A stretch of DNA of 64,000 nucleotides, from NCBI RefSeq assembly GCF_037042905.1, contig NC_087246.1, positions 9,674,001 to 9,738,000 on the forward strand, read 5' to 3'. The position numbers and the translations under genes are program-made. Positions 14,163-24,324 of this stretch are shown here, one piece after another. The notes beneath the pieces are model-generated. The model ran no database searches. It was not told the DNA's origin and saw only the letters and a list, made by a program, of their open reading frames with translations. Numbering within the stretch: position 1 is the first letter of the stretch; each line of letters begins with the position of its first letter. This DNA is from Lytechinus pictus. Taxonomy: Eukaryota.

Positions 14163-16525
14163 AATACATTGTTTAAAAAAAAAGGCATAGGCCACGCGGT
14201 ATTTTTCATTTTTTAGTGATAAATACATTGAGGCAGTATATTGACAAATAATCACTGGAAGAGAAAGAGCATCTTATAGGCCTATATAACGCACAAAGCA
14301 AAATAATGAAGAATGGCGGCAAAGCTAGTTCAATACAAAATGATTTCCTTTTCCTTTAAAAAACATGTTACAACACGTTATAATAATGAACAAATCAAAA
14401 TACAGAACCTGAAGAAATTGATAACAATTCAGTGAATCGGAATCGAAACAAAAATGCGTATGTAAATATAATTATAAAATAGAAATAAAAAACGGGAAAA
14501 AAAATAAGAATAGCCCTTTCACAAGCAACCATAATTCTCCCTCCCTTCATACCCTGGACAAGTAAAGAAAAAAAAAATACAGCTAGAGAAACGAAGCAAA
14601 GATGAAAAGCAAGGAAAGGGAAGGAAGCCGTCTCTCGGTACCTGGTACTCTGCCCAGATATCAAGATGTACGTAGGACCTTTTCTCCGCGATTTGAAAAA
14701 CAACGTGCATAACATCACAATTATTATGATGGTCATTTAAAAAAGTTCCTTGGTTGTTTCCAAGTTATTTAATTTGCCGTCGAGGGACTGCGCGAATGCA
14801 CACGCTCGTACAGGATATGAATGAAAAAGTCGCAAACAGACTCCGCCGTTCAATCCGATACTGTACTGTATAGCCGGTATACAGATCGGCACGTGAGACA
14901 AGCGCAGAGGCGATGGATATGAATATTCATGAGCAGGTATTGATGTCATTTGGTCTCAAGGTGGCGCTCTTCATTTTTTATATCAATTTCAAAATCTGCA
15001 TCAAAAGAAAGCTCACTTGGCAAAATTTCTCTTCTTTATATATTTTTTTGAGAATAAAAACAGTTCTTTTGGCCAATGCAATACATTTTATGGACTCAGA
15101 ACTTGTTTATGAGTATTTTGAAAAGCGAAGAGTGAAATCTAAAAGAAAGTTTTGAAATAAACCAATGTCACAATTTACCTTTAATATGCCATTTATGTGA
15201 TAAATGCTGCATTTTGAAATTCAAAATGGCCGCCATAGGCCCTATATTTATCATGTACAATGCGAATGGAGAAACTAATTTTCACACGAGTAAGAAACAT
15301 AAAATGCATGTAATTGTGATCTACGAGTAAAATATTGTCTGACAACATGTTTTATAGCAAGACATATCATTTCTTTTGTCATGCATGAGATAAATGCTGT
15401 ATTATGAAATTCAAAATGGCCCCTATAGGCACTAACAGTATTATCTACAATGTGAATGGGGACATATAATTGTGTAAGAACTTGGATTTGCTTGACTATG
15501 ACATCCATATAATCCTGTTGTATGAGTAAAATGTTATTTGAAAACATATTTTTTTTATAAATTATAGCATTTCTTCTGCCATATAGGTGATAAATACTGT
15601 ATTTTGACATTCAAAATAACCTCTACAAGCCCTAATTATATTATGTAACATGCGAATAGGGAAACTAATTTTCACAAGAGTGAGAATCATAAAATGCATA
15701 TAACTGTGATGTACGAGTAAAAATATCGTCTTAAACATGGTTTCTAACTAAATACATCACATATTGGTCGTAGAGGTAATAAATGCTATACTTTGAAATC
15801 CAAAATGGCTGCCATAGGTCCTAAAAGTATTGTGTACATTGTAACATGGGACATATAATTTTGACAGAATTTGGCTTTGCTTGACTCTAAATATTGCATA
15901 TAATTATGAATTGTGATCTAAGGGTGAAATATTGTCTAAAACCATAGTTTCTAACGAGATATATCATAATGTTGTGTATAATTAAGGTGATAAATGCTGC
16001 ATTTTTAAATTGAAAATGGCCACCATAGGCCCTTATCGTATAATATGCAATTTGAATGGAGACAAATAATGTTCACAAAATGGGCATATGGCAGCCATTT
16101 TGAATGTTGAAATACAGTATTTATCACCTAAATTACATAAGATATGATACATTTTGTTATAAATCATGTTTTCAGACAATATTTCACTCATACATCACCA
16201 TTTGGCCAAGCAAAGCCAAAATCTGTTGAAATGACTTGTTCCCATTCACATTGTGCATAATACCGTAAGGGCCTTTAGCGGCCATTTTGACATTCCAATA
16301 ACAGTATTTATCACCTAACTGGCAGAATAAATGATATATCTTAATAGAAATTATGCTTTCAGACAATATTTTACTCATAGATCACTATTACGTGCATTTA
16401 TGGTGCTCACTCCTGTGAATATTGGTTTCCCACTTTGCATTGTACATAATACAGTTAATGTCTATGGCGGCCATTTTGAAAGTCAAAATACAGTATTTAA
16501 CACAAACTTGAAACCTGAATGATAT

Positions 16526-16925
16526 TGTAGCATAATGAGTTATACCTTTAAGATGTATTTCATAGTTGATCGTAGAGGGCGATATTTTTATGTTGTGATA
16601 CTTGGTATGGAGAAGTACGTCAGTTCGCTCGGAGCTGTGATGACGTACGTGCAGTTGTAAATAGTAGCTCCCGATATTAAACTAAGACTTACACCGTACA
16701 CTAGATCTTTCCACTGTGCTTTCTTTATAAGGTGAGTGTTATAGTGCTTGATTCGATGTATTTCAGAGAGGTCTGAGAGGAAGAGAGGTTACCACGTTAT
16801 ACAATAGACTTTTGTGAGAGAATCTGCCCCCCAAAACAATTGAATGAGTGAAGAACAGCGTGGACCGGGTTCTAGAGACTGCGAGACGGCAGAACGCTAC
16901 CCCAACAGAGCTCGGTTACGCCACA
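16526..16925 (+). repeat. 5' LTR (400 bp)
   Basis: TGTAGCATAA...TTACGCCACA, identical by eye to 24989-25388. Contains ATTAAA (16676-16681) and a consensus splice donor AAG|GTGAGT (16729-16737). Confidence 0.97.
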
Positions 16926-16926
16926 C

Positions 16927-16945
16927 TGGTGGCCGCGGTGGGATT
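16927..16945 (+). promoter_or_regulatory. Primer binding site complementary to the 3' end of tRNA-Leu
   Basis: TGGTGGCCGCGGTGGGATT begins 1 nt after the LTR. It differs by one base from TGGTGGCAGCGGTGGGATT, the complement of typical eukaryotic tRNA-Leu(AAG/TAG) plus CCA. Confidence 0.85.
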
Positions 16946-17024
16946 GAACAACGTGGTATTGGAAGCTCAGACAACTTAGGCGCCTGTATTACAGGGAGCG
17001 CCACGTATATCTCCTATGAAGATT

Positions 17025-17427
17025 GCCTGGAGAGAGGCAAGAAGAGAGCGCCTATGCACGTTGGTGAATAGCACCACGAGTGCGTGTGTTGGCGACAGCG
17101 TGGATAGCACGGAGGAAGGGAGCCTGGAGAGAGGCAAGAAGAGAGCGCCTATGCACGTTGGTGAATAGCACCACGAGTGCGTGTGTTGGCGACAGCGTGG
17201 ATAGCACGGAGGAAGGGAGCCTGGAGAGAGGCAAGAAGAGAGCGCCTATGCACGTTGGTGAATGGCACCACGAGTGCGTGTGTTGGCGACAGCGTGGATA
17301 GCACGGAGGAAGGGAGCCTGGAGAGAGGCAAGAAGAGAGCGCCGATGCACATGGTGAATAGCAACCGGAGTGTGTGTGTTGGCGACAGCGTGGATAGCGC
17401 AAAAGAAGGGAGCCTGGAGAGAGGCAA
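17025..17427 (+). repeat. Tandem array A in the retrotransposon 5' leader: 97-bp unit x4 plus a partial copy
   Basis: GCCTGGAGAGAGGCAAG starts at 17025, 17122, 17219, 17316 and 17412. Confidence 0.95.
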
Positions 17428-17977
17428 GGAGATAGTGCCTACACACGTTGGTGAATAGCGCCCTAGATGTGTGTGGCGGAGATAGTGCCTACACACGTTG
17501 GTGAATAGCGCCCTGGATGTGTGTGGAGGAGATAGTGCCTACACACGTTGGTGAATAGCGCCCTGGATGTGTGTGGCGGAGATAGTGCCTACACACGTTG
17601 GTGAATAGCGCCCTGGATGTGTGTGGAGGAGATAGTGCCTACACACGTTGGTGAATAGCGCCCTGGATGTGTGTGGCGGAGATAGTGCCTACACACGTTG
17701 GTGAATAGCGCCCTGGATGTGTGTGGTGGAGATAGTGCCTACACACGTTGGTGAATAGCGCCGTGGATGTGTGTGGCGGAGATAGTGCCTACACACGTTG
17801 GTGAATAGCGCCGTGGATGTGTGTGGCGGAGATAGTGCCTACACACGTTGGTGAATAGCGCCCTGGCTGTGTGTGGCGGAGATAGTGCCTACACACGTTG
17901 GTGAATAGCGCCCTGGCTGTGTGTGGCGGAGATAGTGCCTACACACGTTGGTGAATAGCGTCCTGAGTGTGTGTGGC
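17428..17977 (+). repeat. Tandem array B in the retrotransposon 5' leader: 50-bp unit x11
   Basis: GATAGTGCCTACACACGTTGGTGAATAGCG starts every 50 nt from 17431 to 17931. Confidence 0.97.
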
Positions 17978-18062
17978 TGTAAATGCTACTGCATACATTT
18001 TAGGCTGAAAATATATAGTGCCTGATTGGAGTTTTGTTGTATACATAACATATAGTGCTGAA

Positions 18063-19481
18063 ATGGACAACCAACAAGTGGCTATCGAGGAGGAAATTGA
18101 AATTCTTGCAGCAGAAGTGCAGCGGGGAGATGAGGATCTCCGAAAGTCAAAGACTGAGAATGAACATCTCCTCGAGCAGAATAGGCTGCTGATGAGGGAA
18201 CTGGATAGATTGCGTAGAAGTCAATCTCCAGTAAGTTTCCCCAACCGTTTTCAGGGTGTAAGACCATCTATGGCAGTCCGCCAAGGATGTGAGTCGATGG
18301 AGACTCATCCGGGGACCACAAGAATGTCAGTTTCACCTGCCAATTACGGTGCCAGCCGCATTGATAAAGGCGCAACTATGAGGATTGGGCATGAGCAGAC
18401 ATTAGAAGATAGAATGGACAATTTCCATTCTACAATGCTACCTTCCAGCAGCACACCAGCAGCTGGTCCAGTAAGAGATATTGGAACGCCTGTGGCAAGC
18501 TTCCTGCACAGGCGTGACTTGGACAATCCAGATGCAGTCATACCAATGAGGGGACCAGTGGATCATGGGATGCGTAGGCTTGATCTGCCTACAGAACAGG
18601 TGGCAGTCCAGCGCCAGCCTATGGTGACTTTAAGTAAGCCTAATATAACTCCCGACAGATTCGATGGGAAGACTCCCTGGAGGGATTATGTTAGCCATTT
18701 TGATGCCTGTAGGATGGCAAATAACTGGAGTGATAGCCAGGCAAAGGTTTTCCTCGCAGCGAGTTTAAGGGGGTCAGCACTCAAGATTTTGGGCAACAAG
18801 ACTGTAGATACGGCCCAGATTACGTATCGAGAACTTGTAAGTCTCTTGGGTAAGAGATTTGGCCCTGGTCAGCTAGCGGAGAACTACCTCCTTGAGCTGC
18901 GGCATAGACGTCAAGGGCCAAGGGAAACAATTCAGGAGCTTGGGCAGGCCATCAGGGAGTTGGCAACCTTGGCATACCCTGAGCTCAGTGAGGATGCCCA
19001 GGATCGATTGGCTAGGACACATTTCTCTGAGGCAATAGAAGACCAGTCCATCAGAGAAGGGGTGTTCAGGTCTAAGCCAGAAACCATGGACGAGGCCATT
19101 CAAGCGGCCCTTGCCACGGACAATTTCTTCAGGCTGGAAGAACAGCGGTCTGGTAGAAGGCATCGGCAATCCAGATCAGTAGATGTTGATCCAATGGCCA
19201 CAATCAGTGAGATCTGGAAAGAACTCAAAAGGATTGAAGGAAGAATTCCAAATCAGGAATCATCCAGTAGGGCTGGACAAATGAGGCCCAGTTCATACCG
19301 GCGGAGGAAAGCAGCCGAGTCGGATGAATGTTACAGGTGTCATGAACAGGGACACTTTCAACGGGACTGCCCTCAGGGAAGGGAAGGTCAGGGTTCTTCG
19401 GGAAACGATATTCAGCCAACTCAGATGCCCGGGAGAAGGCTGGAGGAGAGCAAGGGCCCAGGAGAGACACAGAATCTCTAG
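18063..19481 (+). CDS. gag: Retrotransposon Gag (N-terminal coiled coil, capsid, CCHC zinc knuckle)
   Basis: First ATG at 18063 (MDNQQ). Capsid-like segment PDRFDGKTPWRDYVSHF...FLAASLRGSAL; knuckle CYRCHEQGHFQRDC. Confidence 0.93.
   Translation: MDNQQVAIEEEIEILAAEVQRGDEDLRKSKTENEHLLEQNRLLMRELDRLRRSQSPVSFPNRFQGVRPSMAVRQGCESMETHPGTTRMSVSPANYGASRIDKGATMRIGHEQTLEDRMDNFHSTMLPSSSTPAAGPVRDIGTPVASFLHRRDLDNPDAVIPMRGPVDHGMRRLDLPTEQVAVQRQPMVTLSKPNITPDRFDGKTPWRDYVSHFDACRMANNWSDSQAKVFLAASLRGSALKILGNKTVDTAQITYRELVSLLGKRFGPGQLAENYLLELRHRRQGPRETIQELGQAIRELATLAYPELSEDAQDRLARTHFSEAIEDQSIREGVFRSKPETMDEAIQAALATDNFFRLEEQRSGRRHRQSRSVDVDPMATISEIWKELKRIEGRIPNQESSSRAGQMRPSSYRRRKAAESDECYRCHEQGHFQRDCPQGREGQGSSGNDIQPTQMPGRRLEESKGPGETQNL
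19400..19460 (+). promoter_or_regulatory. -1 ribosomal frameshift signal (G GGA AAC heptamer plus downstream stem/pseudoknot)
   Basis: The heptamer at 19400-19406 is in gag phase. Pol is in the -1 frame and is open across it. Stem TTCAGCC/GGCTGGA follows; GCCC in its loop can pair with downstream GGGC. Confidence 0.75.
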
Positions 19482-19486
19482 ATAGA

Positions 19487-22400
19487 ATGCCTTCTGTAGA
19501 ACAAGTGACTGTAAACTATAGACCAGATAAGGCAAGAAGTGGACTATTTGTTGAAGTGGAGGTTCGGGGAGTGAAGGCCAGACTTTTGGCAGATTCAGGA
19601 GCGACCGATACAATTTTGTCGTCATCCCTGTATCACAGAATTTCTTCAACAAATAGACCAAGCCTCAGGAAAGTGGGTGTTAGGAATGCCGACGGTAGCA
19701 CAATGGATACCCTAGGTAGTGCTTGGCTGGAGCTTGGGGTTGGAAAATGCATTTTTCCTCTTCAAGTTGTTTTTGGCAATACTGACCAGATAGATGGACT
19801 ATTGGGATTAGATTTTCTAATTCCTAATGAGGCAACTCTGGATTTCAAGACCAAGGAACTTAGGATCAGGGGAGCAAGAATCAAATGCACTGATGGACGA
19901 GGAGGTGCATTTTGCTCAAGGGTCGTTGTTGGGTCTAACGTCAGTGTACCACCTGGTCAGGAAGTGGTGCTTCCAGGTCATGCAACAGGGGTCCCGATAG
20001 GGATGGGTCTTGCTCTTATAGAACCCGCGGAAGATGGTGAACTTCTTCACAAGGGGATTGCCGTCGCACGGGTAGTTGTAGGGACCGAGAAGGCAACCCT
20101 ACCTGTTCGAGTGTTCAATCCTGGCACCAAGGCATGCATGATTCGCAAGGGTACCTTGGCGGGACACCTGTCTCTCATCAGTGAGGAAGATATAGAAGAG
20201 TGTGAATCCAACGCGCAGCCCATGGATGGTACCTATGAAGTTCCTGAACATCTGAAAGATCTCTTTGAAAGGAGCAAAGAAGGAACTGACAAGGTGTACC
20301 ATGGGAAAATTGCCAAACTGTTGTGTGAGAACCAAGACATTTTTGCAAAGTCCGACACGGACATAGGAAAAACATGTCTTGTGAAACATCAGATCAACAC
20401 CGGAGATAGCCCTCCAATCCGTGAGAGGCCTCGAAGATTCCCTCCTAAGGAACAGGAAGAAATTGATCGGCAGATCAAGGACATGCTGGCGAATGGCAGG
20501 ATAGAGCCATCCTCCAGTCCATGGGCTTCCAATGTTGTTCTTGTAAAGAAGAAGGACGGTTCAAAGAGGTTCTGTGTAGACTATCGCAAGTTAAACAACT
20601 TGACGATCAAGGATGGATACCCGATTCCCCGCATTGATGATTCGCTGGATGCACTTGGAGGTGCAAAATGGTTTTCGACTCTTGACCTGGCCTCTGGGTA
20701 TTGGCAGGTGGAGTTGGATGAAGAAGCGAAGAAGAAATCAGCTTTTGTTGTGAGGGGAGGACTCTACAGTTGGAAGGTGATGCCTTTCGGCTTGTGTAAT
20801 GCCCCCTCGACATTTGAAAGGTTGATGGAACGGGTCCTTGGAGGTCTACATTGGGAAGTGCTCTTGGTGTATCTAGATGATGTGATTGTTTTTGCAAAGA
20901 CAATCGAGGAAGAATTGACTCGACTTGACATGGTCTTCCAGAGATTACGGCAGGCAGGTCTGAAACTGAAACCGAAGAAATGCCATTTGTTTCGGGAGAG
21001 TGTCTTGTACTTGGGGCATGTAGTGTCTGGTGAAGGCATATCAACAGATCCAGAGAAGATTAGAGTGGTGAGGGAGTGGCCAGTCCCTAGAAGTGTCAAG
21101 GACGTACAGAGTTTCCTTGGACTTGCCTCTTACTATCGCAGATTTATAGCTGGATTCGCTAATATTGCCCGTCCATTACATAACCTAACCAAGAAAGGTC
21201 AGACGTTCTCCTGGACGGCAGAGTGCGAAGCTGCCTTCCAAGAACTCAAGCAGCGATTGCAGGAGTCACCCATTTTGGCGTACCCTGACCCAAAAGAGGA
21301 GTACATATTGGATACAGATGCTAGCAATGAGGGGATTGGAGCTGTCCTGTCTCAAGTGGTGGACGGGAAGGAACGTGTCATATCCTATGCTAGCAGGGCG
21401 CTGCATAAGGCAGAAAAGAACTACTGCGTGACTCGGAAAGAGTTACTGGCCGTGGTAGTATTTCTGAAGCAGTTCCGACAGTACTTATACGGGCAGAGGT
21501 TTACGGTCAGAACGGATCATGGGGCACTTCGTTGGCTCTTGAACTTCCGAGATCCGCAAGGTCAGATGGCTCGTTGGCTGCAAGTGATAGCAGAGTACGA
21601 CCTCAAAATCGTACATCGTGCAGGGAAATCACATGCCAACGCTGATAGCCTTTCAAGACGACCTTGTCCTCAGTGCAAGCGGGACTTTGAGGACCGAGAA
21701 GATTCAGAGGCAGAGATAACGGGAGATAACTTTGCAGAGGCCAAGGCAGTAACAGTGACACCGGGCATTAGCAATGAACAGATGAGGGAATACCAACAGC
21801 AAGATCCTTCGCTGAGGTGGATCATGGAAGCAAAGCAGGAGTCTTTAGACCGTCCTGATTGGTCAACGGTGGCTTCCAAGTCTAGTGTGGAGAAGTCCTA
21901 TTGGAGGATGTGGGCACAGCTAGACATGAAGCAGGAAATACTCCACAGGAAGTGGGAGTGTGACCAAGGTCGGAATGTGACCTGGCATGTGGTGCTTCCA
22001 ACTGGACTTCGGACAGATATTGTGAAGGAATTGCATGGTGGCAAATCAAGTGGGCACCTTGGCCAGAACAAGACAAGAGAAAAGGTCAGGATGAGGTTCT
22101 ATTGGGTGGGGATGGATGCCGACATCCGGTCGATGGTACGGCAATGTAATGTCTGTGCCTCCAAGAAGTCTCCAGTGAAGAGACGGAGAGCCCCCTTGCA
22201 ACAGGATTCTGTTGGGATGCCAATGGAAAGGGTTGCGCTCGATATTGTTGGTCCCCTCCCAGAGACGGAAAGAGGAAACAAGTACATCCTGGTGGTGGGT
22301 GACTACTTTACCAAGTGGATGGAAGCCTACCCAATACCGGATCAGACAGCTGAGACAGTTGCCAACAAATTTGTCAATGAGTTCGTCTGCCGGTTTGGTG

Positions 22401-23317
22401 TCCCTACAGTCCTACATTCAGACCAGGGCCGGAATTTCGAGTCATGTGTCTTCCGGGAAATGTGCCATATCCTTGGCATTCGCAAAACCCGCACTACCCC
22501 CTACAATCCGAAATCCGATGGCCTCATTGAGAAGTTCAATGGCACTTTGTTGAACATGATTTCAATGATGATCGAACCACATAAGCGGCAACGAGATTGG
22601 GATGAGAAGCTGGCAGTGGCAGTATTCGCCTACCGCAGTGCCCCCCAGGACTCCACAAAAGAGACGCCAAACATGCTCATGTTAGGGCGGGAGATCCATC
22701 TTCCTATTGATCTCACAACGGAGGTATTGAGGAGTGGGGAGGAAGAGGAGACTGATGTGGAGACGGATTACGCATTTGTTTTGAGGAAACGAATGCAAGA
22801 AGCGCACCAAAGAGCCCGAGACAACTTTGCAGAGAGTGCCCGCCGGCAAAAGAAGACCTATGATGCGAAAGCGGAGGGAAGCCCTTTGGTGGTTGGGAAG
22901 TTTGCCTGGCTCCATAACAAAGCGAAGACTAAAGGCTTGTCCCCAAAGCTACAGAGAAAGTGGGAAGGTCCATATTTAATCATTCAACAATTGTCGGATG
23001 TTACTTGCCGGATTCAGGAGAAGAAGAATGGCAAGAAGAAGGTAGTACATGTGGACAGGTTGAAGCCCTACGAGGGAGTGCCGCTTCAGTCCTGGTTAGA
23101 GGCTCATGAAAATGAGCAGAGAGTTCTCGATCAGAGTGAGGGACTCCAGGTGGGAGAGGAGGGACTCCAGGTAGGAGAGGAGGGAATAGACCCAATTGTG
23201 AGGGAAGGTTCAGGAGTTGAGGAGCCTCCCGTACCAGCTCCGCGAAAGGCTCCTGTTCCGGCAATAAGAAGGAATCCCCCAAGAGCTAGAAATCCGCCAG
23301 CTAGATATGTGATTTAA
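19487..23317 (+). CDS. pol: Retrotransposon Pol (aspartic protease, RT, RNase H, integrase), probably made as a Gag-Pol frameshift fusion
   Basis: LADSGA (protease), YLDD (RT), DTDAS (RNase H), HHCC plus D,D,E core (ALDIV, HSDQG, IEKFN) and KWEGPY (integrase). Uninterrupted 1276 aa. Confidence 0.97.
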   Translation: MPSVEQVTVNYRPDKARSGLFVEVEVRGVKARLLADSGATDTILSSSLYHRISSTNRPSLRKVGVRNADGSTMDTLGSAWLELGVGKCIFPLQVVFGNTDQIDGLLGLDFLIPNEATLDFKTKELRIRGARIKCTDGRGGAFCSRVVVGSNVSVPPGQEVVLPGHATGVPIGMGLALIEPAEDGELLHKGIAVARVVVGTEKATLPVRVFNPGTKACMIRKGTLAGHLSLISEEDIEECESNAQPMDGTYEVPEHLKDLFERSKEGTDKVYHGKIAKLLCENQDIFAKSDTDIGKTCLVKHQINTGDSPPIRERPRRFPPKEQEEIDRQIKDMLANGRIEPSSSPWASNVVLVKKKDGSKRFCVDYRKLNNLTIKDGYPIPRIDDSLDALGGAKWFSTLDLASGYWQVELDEEAKKKSAFVVRGGLYSWKVMPFGLCNAPSTFERLMERVLGGLHWEVLLVYLDDVIVFAKTIEEELTRLDMVFQRLRQAGLKLKPKKCHLFRESVLYLGHVVSGEGISTDPEKIRVVREWPVPRSVKDVQSFLGLASYYRRFIAGFANIARPLHNLTKKGQTFSWTAECEAAFQELKQRLQESPILAYPDPKEEYILDTDASNEGIGAVLSQVVDGKERVISYASRALHKAEKNYCVTRKELLAVVVFLKQFRQYLYGQRFTVRTDHGALRWLLNFRDPQGQMARWLQVIAEYDLKIVHRAGKSHANADSLSRRPCPQCKRDFEDREDSEAEITGDNFAEAKAVTVTPGISNEQMREYQQQDPSLRWIMEAKQESLDRPDWSTVASKSSVEKSYWRMWAQLDMKQEILHRKWECDQGRNVTWHVVLPTGLRTDIVKELHGGKSSGHLGQNKTREKVRMRFYWVGMDADIRSMVRQCNVCASKKSPVKRRRAPLQQDSVGMPMERVALDIVGPLPETERGNKYILVVGDYFTKWMEAYPIPDQTAETVANKFVNEFVCRFGVPTVLHSDQGRNFESCVFREMCHILGIRKTRTTPYNPKSDGLIEKFNGTLLNMISMMIEPHKRQRDWDEKLAVAVFAYRSAPQDSTKETPNMLMLGREIHLPIDLTTEVLRSGEEEETDVETDYAFVLRKRMQEAHQRARDNFAESARRQKKTYDAKAEGSPLVVGKFAWLHNKAKTKGLSPKLQRKWEGPYLIIQQLSDVTCRIQEKKNGKKKVVHVDRLKPYEGVPLQSWLEAHENEQRVLDQSEGLQVGEEGLQVGEEGIDPIVREGSGVEEPPVPAPRKAPVPAIRRNPPRARNPPARYVI

Positions 23318-23412
23318 TGTAACCTGTGACAGATGTGATATATTCTGACATTTTGAGACCGAATTCAATCAATTTTGTTTTGTTTGTGTTCTTCTGATTA
23401 CAGTGGTTCAAG

Positions 23413-24324
23413 ATGAGGCACCGGGTGGCGTCTGACTTTGAATGCTTCGACTGTGGAGCGAGGTTCTCACATAAAAGGAGTCTGCACCGACACATCGACG
23501 AGAGACATCGACGTCAAAGGCTGTATACTTGTGACATTTGTGAGAAGGGGTATTCCCGCAGAGATAACCTTAGGGCCCACATGGTGAGTCATGAGAGACG
23601 TTCAAAAGTGAGGTCGGAAGTCCACTTGAGCGACAAAGGAGGGAAAGAACGTGAACGTGAAAAAGGTCGGGAAACTCGAGAACATGAGGAGAAGACAACA
23701 ACTCGGATCTGCAGTGAGGTACAAGAGCCAACCATTGCTGAAGCAGAGATTCAAGTCGACGTCTCTCCTGGCACTATGGAAGCGGTAAATTCTTGGAAAA
23801 TGGGCCCAGGACTCAGTGGGAAACCACTTAGCCTCCTGCGTCAACAGGTGCAGGATGAGCAGTCTGAGGAGTCTGAGTCCGATCTTGAAGATGAACAGGA
23901 GGGGGGCATGGACTTGCCTGAGAAAGTGAAGTTGGGAAAGCCTATCGGTGACTTGAAACCGACCAGGATTTTAGCAGGGAACTTAGTCCGAGTAGCCGAA
24001 CATAGTTCGGCATACGTGTTTTCCGGAGGATCGAAATCCATTTACGAGGAAAAGGCACGGACCTACCACATGGTGGTGGTAAAAGCTGTCGAGTCGGTCC
24101 CTGAAGCTTCATACACCAAGATTAATCATGTACGTGAGGGGCATGTGGGTCCGGCTATGTCCGTAGAGGATTTGGAGCGTGGACTTATCGGAAACCTAAA
24201 AACTATCACCGAAAAAACCACGCGCCGAGTGTTCCGAAATGGAGAATTAGTATCGGAGGACGAAGTCATGAAGGAGTTTACGGTGGATATGATGGTGGGA
24301 ACAACCAAGGCCGAAACAGATTGA
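23413..24324 (+). CDS. Retrotransposon ORF3: two C2H2 zinc fingers, acidic linker and duplicated C-terminal motif (303 aa)
   Basis: FECFDCGARFSHKRSLHRHIDERH and YTCDICEKGYSRRDNLRAHMVSH. Intact ORF inside the LTRs, preceded by a polypyrimidine tract and CAG acceptor (23401-23403). No signal peptide or TM segment is visible, so it is not env. Confidence 0.85.
   Translation: MRHRVASDFECFDCGARFSHKRSLHRHIDERHRRQRLYTCDICEKGYSRRDNLRAHMVSHERRSKVRSEVHLSDKGGKEREREKGRETREHEEKTTTRICSEVQEPTIAEAEIQVDVSPGTMEAVNSWKMGPGLSGKPLSLLRQQVQDEQSEESESDLEDEQEGGMDLPEKVKLGKPIGDLKPTRILAGNLVRVAEHSSAYVFSGGSKSIYEEKARTYHMVVVKAVESVPEASYTKINHVREGHVGPAMSVEDLERGLIGNLKTITEKTTRRVFRNGELVSEDEVMKEFTVDMMVGTTKAETD

Noticed and set aside
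16844..17496. Short overlapping ORFs in the LTR and leader
   Set aside because: They are translations of the 97-bp repeat in shifting frames, with no coding signature.
17025..17977. CRISPR-like appearance of the regular array
   Set aside because: The units are near-identical along their whole length, with no unique spacers and no cas genes, in a eukaryotic context.
17428..17977. Hammerhead ribozyme in the array units
   Set aside because: No CUGANGA/GAAA core on either strand.
18082..23282. Antisense ORFs inside gag and pol
   Set aside because: Short shadow ORFs with no motifs.
23413..24324. ORF3 as env
   Set aside because: It is hydrophilic, with no signal peptide, fusion peptide or transmembrane helix.
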